Source: an uncultured Gammaproteobacteria bacterium (GTDB taxonomy: Bacteria > Patescibacteriota > Patescibacteriia > Magasanikbacterales > UBA922). Taken from it: a stretch of DNA of 64,000 nucleotides. Numbering within the stretch: position 1 is the stretch's first letter; each line of letters opens with the position of its first letter. Shown here piece after piece: positions 57,431 to 64,000 of this stretch. The notes beneath the pieces were generated by a model that was not told the origin of the DNA, ran no database searches, and worked only from the letters and a program-made list of their open reading frames with translations. The position numbers and the translations under genes were made by a program. The stretch is taken from assembly GCA_964566225.1 (NCBI GenBank), contig CAZMHV010000003.1, forward strand, positions 6,658 to 70,657, given 5' to 3'.

Positions 57431-57533
57431 CAATCCTAACACTTGCATTCAGAGCTTTTAGGCTTTAAGAGAGGAGTATCAATAACCCAACCGCAGAGAG
57501 ATAAATTTTTTCCATGAGCAAGTGTTAGGATTG
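57431..57533. repeat. MITE-like unit: 17-bp perfect terminal inverted repeats flanking a 70-nt spacer
   Basis: TCAATCCTAACACTTGC (57430–57446) and GCAAGTGTTAGGATTGA (57518–57534). Confidence 0.5.
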
Positions 57534-57863
57534 AGGGGTGGTGGATTGTTTAGTGTTAGTGTTTAGTGTAAAGAGAATCTAGAAGAGAGAGTATTACAGT
57601 ATCAAGAAGATATTACAGAATAAAGTCAGAAGTAATTAATATATGTCGTTCAGTAGATTCTCTGGTGAGATTAGTATTCACAGTTTTTTGAGAGTAAAAT
57701 TTGTTTAGATTCAGATATTTTTTAGCCTCTGGGTACTTGACCCAGGAGTCAAGTACTTGGTCAAGCACTTTGTCATTAATTTTATCTTACCATACCTCTC
57801 AAAAACTGTGCAAGTTTTTCAACGGTTGCGTTTTCTCTTCCTGAAACCAGGCGTCTTCAACCC

Positions 57864-59267
57864 GTGAACCGAATTTGGTATGGTCAATGTGAAAGTTTGT
57901 GGTTGAATTGTAACGCGAGCACTCTTTTTTGTTTTCTTTTCCTTGCTACCAATGCTATAATAAGGCAGCTTGTTTTTATTATTTTCATTGTGTCAGTGCT
58001 TTCTCTCAAACGTTTGTTTCATAGTGCCAAGGCAGATAATTTTATTACGAGCAGTATGGTGCTTTTTGCGGGGTCTGTGCTTGTAGGTGGGGTGAACTAT
58101 GTATACCAGTTTTTGATGGCTAGAATGTTGCCTGTAGATAAATATGGTGAGCTCCAGTCACTCTTGGCAATTTTAGCGGTTATCGCTGTATTTAGTAATG
58201 CTATTTCTTTTATCATTACCAAGTACAGCGCTGACTTTGCTGCAAAACAGGAGTGGCATAAAGTCTATTCTCTCGTAATTGTTTTTTCTCAAAAAATTTT
58301 TCTTGCCTCTGGGATTGGCTTGATTGTGTATGTGCTCTTGAGTGGTCACATTGCCACATTTTTAAACTTATCTTCTCGTTTTGAGGTCATTTTGCTTGCG
58401 GTAGCACTTATTTTTGGATTTACCAGTTCCGTAACCTTGGGTATTTTGCGTGGTTTAGAAAAATTTAAAGAAGTTTCCCTCATCTTATTTTGTATAGCCT
58501 TAGTGAAACTTATTTTCTCTCTTTTTTTGTTAAAATTAGGGTTATCTGTTGATGGAGCGGTAGGTGCGGTAGGAATTGCCGCGGTGGTAGGGTATGGTAT
58601 TTCTTTTTATCCTATAAAATTTTTATATGGTAAAAAAAGAGAACCTGTGGGTGGCAAAAAAATATTTATTTATTCACTTCCAGTCTTGGCTTCACTGTTA
58701 TTTACCACACTTCTTTGGAGTATGGATATGATTTTAGTAAAGCACTTTTTTGCCTCAGAAACTGCGGGGGAGTATGCTGCGCTCTCTATGCTTGGGCATA
58801 TTCTCTTTTTTGTACTTGGTCCTATTGGTTTAGTTATGTTCCCTCTGGCCGCCAAAGCTGAAGCAAATAATGAGTATCCTGCAAAGATTTTAAAAAAGGC
58901 ATTGTATTTGACGGTTATTCTGGGATTCCTCCAAATTTCTTTTTTTTCCCTTTTTCCTCAATTGGTAATTCACTTTTTAGTGAGTGATAAGTTTCTTTCA
59001 CTTGTTCCGTATGTTGGGTGGTTTACTTTTTCTATGTTGTTGTATTCATTGGTAACTCTCATATCCAGTTATTTTCTTGCCGTTGGTAAGACAAAAAGTG
59101 TATGGATTCTTTTTTTGGGTGCCTTGACACAAATTATACTCTTGGTTCTTTTTCATGATACTATGTGGAATATTGTGTGGGTTATGAATGGTTCTCTTTT
59201 GTTTACTTTAGTACTTCTTATTGGGTATTTTATTCGAATCTACTATTTATGTCCTCGCCAAAAATGA
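57864..59267 (+). CDS. Polysaccharide biosynthesis flippase (Wzx-like, MOP superfamily)
   Basis: About 12 TM segments in a typical Wzx layout. The true start may be downstream (for example 58056). Confidence 0.65.
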   Translation: MNRIWYGQCESLWLNCNASTLFCFLFLATNAIIRQLVFIIFIVSVLSLKRLFHSAKADNFITSSMVLFAGSVLVGGVNYVYQFLMARMLPVDKYGELQSLLAILAVIAVFSNAISFIITKYSADFAAKQEWHKVYSLVIVFSQKIFLASGIGLIVYVLLSGHIATFLNLSSRFEVILLAVALIFGFTSSVTLGILRGLEKFKEVSLILFCIALVKLIFSLFLLKLGLSVDGAVGAVGIAAVVGYGISFYPIKFLYGKKREPVGGKKIFIYSLPVLASLLFTTLLWSMDMILVKHFFASETAGEYAALSMLGHILFFVLGPIGLVMFPLAAKAEANNEYPAKILKKALYLTVILGFLQISFFSLFPQLVIHFLVSDKFLSLVPYVGWFTFSMLLYSLVTLISSYFLAVGKTKSVWILFLGALTQIILLVLFHDTMWNIVWVMNGSLLFTLVLLIGYFIRIYYLCPRQK

Positions 59268-60220
59268 TTTCTATAGTAGTTCCAGTTTTCAATGAAGAAC
59301 AAAATATTGTTCTTTTTTGTGATGCTTTTTTTCAAATGTGGCAAAGTCTGAAAGAAAAATATTGCTATGAACTAATTTTTGTAGATGATGGAAGTACTGA
59401 CGGTTCTGCGGAAGTACTCGAACGTTTTTCTCACCAGTATGAAAATTTGCATTTTTTGCAATTTTCGAGAAATTTTGGAAAAGAAACCGCCCTTTCTGCG
59501 GGCATTGATGCGGCACACGGGGATGCGGTTATCATGGTTGATGTGGACTTACAGCATCCACTTTCTCTGTTTCCTCAGTTTATCAAAAAATGGGAAGAGG
59601 GAGCAGAAGTGGTGGTTGGGGTGAGAGAAAAAAACTCAGGCGAGGGAATTATTAAAAAATATGGATCTATTTTGTTTTATACAATAATGGATGCTATTGG
59701 TGAAACACGAATCACTCCACGTGCCACTGACTATCGGTTGATAGATAAAAAAGTTGTAAGGGAATTTCGTCGATTTACTGAGCATTCGCGTATGACTCGA
59801 GGCCTTATTGACTGGCTTGGGTTTAAAAGGGACTATATCTCGTTTGTGGCTGACGCTCGTAGGGGAGTAGCTCCTGCACGGTATAGTAAAATTAAACTTT
59901 TGAGGCTTGCTTTGAGTACCTTTATCTCACACAGCTTGTTTCCTTTGAAGCTCGCAGGTTATTTGGGTCTTTTTATCACAACTGTTTTTGGGGGTATAGG
60001 AATCTTTTTGTTGCTTGGAAGATATGTCTTTCAAAATCCGTTTGCTCTGAGTTTTACGGGAACGGCTCAGCTGGCAATTATGATTCTTTTTTTGGTAGGG
60101 GTTATTCTGTCTTGTCTCGGTCTTGTTGCTTTGTATATTGGTACCATAAATGACGAGGTTTCAAATCGTCCACGATATGTGATTCGTAAAGATTCACGGG
60201 AATTTTACGATCAAAAGTAG
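59264..60220 (+). CDS. Family 2 glycosyltransferase, polyprenol-phosphate sugar transferase type (GtrB/DPM1-like) with 2 C-terminal TM helices
   Basis: 'ISIVVPVFNEEQNI', 'FVDDGSTDGS', 'VDVDLQHP' and C-terminal TM pair. Start ATGA overlaps the flippase stop. Confidence 0.75.
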   Translation: MISIVVPVFNEEQNIVLFCDAFFQMWQSLKEKYCYELIFVDDGSTDGSAEVLERFSHQYENLHFLQFSRNFGKETALSAGIDAAHGDAVIMVDVDLQHPLSLFPQFIKKWEEGAEVVVGVREKNSGEGIIKKYGSILFYTIMDAIGETRITPRATDYRLIDKKVVREFRRFTEHSRMTRGLIDWLGFKRDYISFVADARRGVAPARYSKIKLLRLALSTFISHSLFPLKLAGYLGLFITTVFGGIGIFLLLGRYVFQNPFALSFTGTAQLAIMILFLVGVILSCLGLVALYIGTINDEVSNRPRYVIRKDSREFYDQK

Positions 60221-60221
60221 T

Positions 60222-61337
60222 ATGAAAATACTCTGGTTTACGTGGAAAGACAAGAAACACCCCCTGGCCGGTGGTGCCGAGACCATAAATGAGGCTATTT
60301 GTGAGCGTTTGGTGCTTGCAGGACATGAAGTAACCTTGGTTGTGGGTAGCTTTTTGGGTGCCCCAAAAGATGAAATGGTTCGTGGCTATCGAGTTATTCG
60401 ATTAGGAAGTCGTTATACTGTCTATATACAAGCGTATTTGTACTACAAAAAAAATCTCCAGGGTTGGGCAGATGTGGTGATTGATGAAGTAAATACCATG
60501 CCATTTTTTTGTAAGTTGTATGTCCGTGAAAAAAATATACTGTTTATCCATCAACTCTGTCGTGAAATTTGGTTCTATCAAATGATATTCCCATTTTCAC
60601 TCCTTGGCTATATTTTTGAGCCAGTGTATTTGAGACTCTTAAAAAACCAAGTTGTTTTTACTATTTCACAGAGTACAAAAAGTGAGCTCATTCGTTTTGG
60701 ATTTTCTGCTCAAAAAATACATATTCTTTCAGAGGGAATTGAAATTTCTCCGCTTGAACAACTTTCTGAATCAGTGGATAAATTTCAACCTATAACGCTT
60801 CTGTCACTTGGTTCATTGCGTCCAATGAAGCGAACCTTGCATATTGTAAAAGCTTTTGAATTTGTGAGGGCACGGGGTTATGTGATACAATTAAAAATCA
60901 CTGGTGATGCAACAAGCCGTTACGGAAAAAAAGTCTTCAAATATTGTCAGTCATCAGCTTATAAAAATGAAATAATTTTTTTGGGGCGTGTCACCACGGA
61001 ACAAAAAATTGAGTTGCTCCGTAATTCTACGTTACTCTGTGTAACTTCGTTAAAAGAAGGCTGGGGACTCGTCGTGACCGAAGCCAATAGTCAAGGTACT
61101 CCTGCTGTAGTGTACAATGTAGATGGACTTCGTGATAGTGTTCAAGACAGTGTAACTGGTTGGACCTGTAAGTCCAATACTCCTCAAAATTTAGCAGATC
61201 AAATCGTGAAAGCTATTTCTGATAGAAATCAGTATATACAAATAAGAAAATCAGCATATAATTGGAGTGTACAAATTACGTTTGAAAAAAGTTTTCAAGA
61301 CTTTTTGTATGCACTCGAGTCTCTAAAAAATGTATAA
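60222..61337 (+). CDS. Glycosyltransferase family 1 (GT4-like)
   Basis: C-terminal 'SLKEGWGLVVTEANSQGTPAVV' E-x7-E-like GT1 motif. 371 aa. Confidence 0.75.
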   Translation: MKILWFTWKDKKHPLAGGAETINEAICERLVLAGHEVTLVVGSFLGAPKDEMVRGYRVIRLGSRYTVYIQAYLYYKKNLQGWADVVIDEVNTMPFFCKLYVREKNILFIHQLCREIWFYQMIFPFSLLGYIFEPVYLRLLKNQVVFTISQSTKSELIRFGFSAQKIHILSEGIEISPLEQLSESVDKFQPITLLSLGSLRPMKRTLHIVKAFEFVRARGYVIQLKITGDATSRYGKKVFKYCQSSAYKNEIIFLGRVTTEQKIELLRNSTLLCVTSLKEGWGLVVTEANSQGTPAVVYNVDGLRDSVQDSVTGWTCKSNTPQNLADQIVKAISDRNQYIQIRKSAYNWSVQITFEKSFQDFLYALESLKNV

Positions 61338-62175
61338 TCTTTTGACTTTCATGTCACATCCTCTCGTTTCAGTCATTGTCCCAACCAAAAACTCTTCTCG
61401 TACTTTGGGGGCTTGCCTCCAATCGCTTCAGTTGCAAACCTATACTGCAATAGAAGTTATTGTCGTTGATAATTCGAGTACTGATACTACACCTGATATT
61501 GCACATCAATACACCAGTTTATTTTTTACCAAAGGCCCAGAAAGAAGTGCGCAAAGAAATTTTGGAGCAAGCCAAGCAAAAGGTAAATATACGGTCTTTA
61601 TTGATAGTGACATGAAATTGTCCAATACGGTTATTGAAGATTGTGTCAAAATAATGGAAAGTAACAAAGACTTTTCAGGGGTCATTATCCCCGAAGAGTC
61701 CTTTGGACAAGGATTTTGGGCGCAATGTAAAAAGCTTGAAAGAAGTTTTTATGTTGGTGTTGACTGGATGGAGGCCGCAAGATTTTTTCGAACCACTGAT
61801 GTTTTGAAAATAGGTGGATACGATGAACGGCTGCTCAGTGGTGAAGATTGGGATCTTTCAGCCAAAATGGAACGTTTTGGAAGTTTTGCACGAATACCTT
61901 CTTATATATATCACGATGAAGGAGTTTTAAAACTTTGTTCAACAATTCAAAAGAAATTTTTTTATGCAACAGAGTTTCGCAAGTATCTTGATGTAAATAA
62001 AAAAAATCATCATGTATTACGACAGGTTCATATTTTTAGTAGATATAAATTGTTTTTTTCTCAGCCCAAAAAATTATTTCAAAATCCTCTCATTGGTATT
62101 GGAATGATTTTTATGAAGACCTGTGAATTCTTTTTTGGGATTTTTGGGATTCTTTTTGCAAAATACAAAAAGTAA
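61330..62175 (+). CDS. Glycosyltransferase family 2
   Basis: 'VSVIVPTKNSSRTL...VIVVDNSSTD...DSD' GT-A motifs. 281 aa. Confidence 0.75.
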   Translation: MYNLLTFMSHPLVSVIVPTKNSSRTLGACLQSLQLQTYTAIEVIVVDNSSTDTTPDIAHQYTSLFFTKGPERSAQRNFGASQAKGKYTVFIDSDMKLSNTVIEDCVKIMESNKDFSGVIIPEESFGQGFWAQCKKLERSFYVGVDWMEAARFFRTTDVLKIGGYDERLLSGEDWDLSAKMERFGSFARIPSYIYHDEGVLKLCSTIQKKFFYATEFRKYLDVNKKNHHVLRQVHIFSRYKLFFSQPKKLFQNPLIGIGMIFMKTCEFFFGIFGILFAKYKK

Positions 62176-62180
62176 TAACA

Positions 62181-62897
62181 TTGTCTGTTCAAATTTGTAT
62201 GAAAAACGTTCTTGATCAAAAACCAACATTAGATTTACCGGCACGTCTCCAAGGCTGTGCTGACTTTGTATCAGACACGGATATTTTGGGTAAAACGGTG
62301 TTAGATGTGGGGTGTGGTTTTGGTTCATTTGTACTGTATTTGCTTGAAAAAGGAGCGACTCAAGCGACTGGCGTTGAAATTACTGAGTCTGATATAAAAA
62401 CGGCCAAGCAAAATATTCATTCAGAAAAAACTAATTTTTTAGTAGGGAGTGCAATTCAAATTCCTGTTCCGGATAATTCATTTGATACGGTGGTAAGTTT
62501 TGATGTTATTGAACATATTCCCAAACATACTGAGCCTCAGATGTTTTCAGAAGTAATGCGAGTACTCAAGCCAGGGGGATCATTTTATCTTTCTACTCCT
62601 TTTCAATCCGTGGGTTCCAATATTTGTGATCCCGCATGGTTTGTGGCAGGGCATAGGCACTATAGCCAAAAAGAACTCCAAAAATTTGGATCTGATCAGG
62701 GATTTTTTTGTGAGTTAGTGGAAACCAGGGGAGGCTGGTGGAGCTTTTGGGGAATTTTGAATATGTATATTTCCAAATGGATATTTCGTAGACCCGTATT
62801 CTTTCAAGAATTTTTTCAAAAAAAAGAAACTCGAGAGTATTTGAAGAACGGTGGATTTATCAATATTTTAGTGCATTATAAAAAACCTTTGTTATGA
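62181..62897 (+). CDS. Class I SAM-dependent methyltransferase
   Basis: Motif I 'VLDVGCGFGSF', 'VLKPGGSFYLS' post-II. 238 aa. Confidence 0.7.
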   Translation: MSVQICMKNVLDQKPTLDLPARLQGCADFVSDTDILGKTVLDVGCGFGSFVLYLLEKGATQATGVEITESDIKTAKQNIHSEKTNFLVGSAIQIPVPDNSFDTVVSFDVIEHIPKHTEPQMFSEVMRVLKPGGSFYLSTPFQSVGSNICDPAWFVAGHRHYSQKELQKFGSDQGFFCELVETRGGWWSFWGILNMYISKWIFRRPVFFQEFFQKKETREYLKNGGFINILVHYKKPLL

Positions 62898-63319
62898 GTC
62901 AATTTTTACAAAATTTATACCAAAGCGCAGTAGACTTGAATCATAAAAATATATTTGAACTTTTTAAAAAGAATCCAGGTGCTCGATTGTTAGATTTAGG
63001 ATGTGACGATGGTGTGCTCTCAATCCGAATGGCAGAAGCGGTTGGAACAAAAAATATTTTTGGTGTAGAAATTGTTGCCGAGAGTGCTGCCCAGGCACGG
63101 CTCAAAGGAATTACGGTAAAAGAATTTGATATCAACAATACATTTGATCTGGAAGATAATTTTTTTACTATGGACGAACCATTCAGCGGTACCGTAAAAA
63201 GAATAAACAAATATCAAAAACACAGTTTTTGTTTTTTCGACCATCTTTTAAAAAAATACAAAAAGAGCTCCGTCCATCGTCAAAATTATTTATCTATTTT
63301 TATTTATATTTATTTATAA
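62894..63319 (+). CDS. Small methyltransferase-domain protein (possibly truncated)
   Basis: 'LLDLGCDDGVLSI' motif I-like. Only 141 aa, with no clear post-motifs. Confidence 0.4.
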   Translation: MSQFLQNLYQSAVDLNHKNIFELFKKNPGARLLDLGCDDGVLSIRMAEAVGTKNIFGVEIVAESAAQARLKGITVKEFDINNTFDLEDNFFTMDEPFSGTVKRINKYQKHSFCFFDHLLKKYKKSSVHRQNYLSIFIYIYL

Positions 63320-63381
63320 AATATGCGGCTGGTCTTTGTGGTATGCTCATGGGACCTCCAAAGAGTTTAAGATAACCCTCT

Positions 63382-64000
63382 ATGAAAAATTTTACAGAGT
63401 TTCTCTCCAATCGAAAAACAGCCTCAGACTTCAATGCTCGTCTGAAAAATTTTATTGAACAATATAAACTTTATGCCAAAGATAAACCTCAAAAATTAAA
63501 ACTGCTCGATGTTGGTTGTGGAACTCGTTGTGAACTCTTTACTCACAAACGTCCACAGGATACTTACACTGGATGTGATTTTTATGATAATGTTGATGCT
63601 CCTATTGATGGATACAAAAAAATTAACTTAAATGATCAAAAGCTAACAGATGTTTTTCCGGGAGAAACATTCGATGTTATTTTTTGTGGAGAGGTTATTG
63701 AGCATTTGTTTAGCCCTGACACCCTCCTGTCGGAAATAAAATCACTCATGCATAAAGATACTATTTTGATCCTTTCTACTCCCAATCTCGCATATTATTT
63801 AAATCGTATTATGCTTTTGTTTGGAATTTCTCCTTTTTTCCTTGAAAATTCATCAGAACAAAAGTTGGGAAGATTTTTTAAATTTTTGGGACAAGGAAAT
63901 GTTACCGAGGGGCATATCCGTATGTTTACATTCCGAGCATTAAAAGATCTCTTAGCACTTCAAAAATTTGAGATTGTAACGATAAAACCTGTGTACTTTT
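63382..64000 (+). CDS. SAM-dependent methyltransferase (type 11-like), 3'-partial at window edge
   Basis: 'LLDVGCGTRCE' motif I, 'FCGEVIEHL', 'LILSTPN'. The frame is open to the end of the window. Confidence 0.65.
   Translation, partial: MKNFTEFLSNRKTASDFNARLKNFIEQYKLYAKDKPQKLKLLDVGCGTRCELFTHKRPQDTYTGCDFYDNVDAPIDGYKKINLNDQKLTDVFPGETFDVIFCGEVIEHLFSPDTLLSEIKSLMHKDTILILSTPNLAYYLNRIMLLFGISPFFLENSSEQKLGRFFKFLGQGNVTEGHIRMFTFRALKDLLALQKFEIVTIKPVYF

Noticed and set aside
1-64000. Alternative genetic code (UGA recoding, as in some CPR lineages)
   Set aside because: Conserved ribosomal and housekeeping genes terminate at the expected positions with TAA/TAG/TGA and have full-length products under the standard code. 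tRNA-Trp has anticodon CCA, which reads only UGG.

Overview
The window is low-GC (about 37%) bacterial chromosome with four parts.

- **1–12.9 kb:** a near-complete ribosomal-protein operon (rplB through rplO, secY, adk, map), then ribB-like, ruvX/yqgF, recO, rpmG and tRNA-Trp. No L30 gene lies between rpsE and rplO, and no infA/rpmJ/rpsM block follows map. This is a streamlined architecture reminiscent of CPR/Patescibacteria-like genomes (inference).
- **13–29 kb:** an accessory stretch. It holds an unusual 661-aa fusion of a nucleoside-deoxyribosyltransferase-like domain and a polyprenyl-synthase-like domain, plus a glycosyltransferase–HAD phosphatase fusion. It also carries three copies of a conserved ~95-nt intergenic element ending in a terminator hairpin. 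A flavinylation module follows (FMN-binding protein, ApbE, NqrB/RnfD-like–FNR fusion). An ABC-F ATPase and a striking ~1.1-kb high-GC (>60%) lipoprotein gene of apparently foreign origin complete this stretch.
- **29.4–48.2 kb:** two perfectly identical tandem copies of a 9,318-bp integrative element inserted at the 3' end of tRNA-Asn(GTT). Each copy carries a large serine recombinase whose 3' end spans the att site, a Type III restriction-modification system (mod/res), an excisionase-like HTH protein, a SpoVG-like protein and two hypothetical proteins. A truncated related recombinase fragment abuts attR, which suggests repeated element acquisition at this tRNA.
- **48.9–64 kb:** envelope and thiol-disulfide genes (DsbA-like ×2, DsbB, LspA, CDF transporter, M14 peptidase) and rmuC. 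A candidate new two-gene defence module (TIR-like DUF1863 protein plus metacaspase-like C14 peptidase) lies here. A MITE-like 17-bp inverted repeat sits in the rmuC intergenic region. A polysaccharide/glycosylation cluster with a flippase, three glycosyltransferases and three methyltransferases closes the window.
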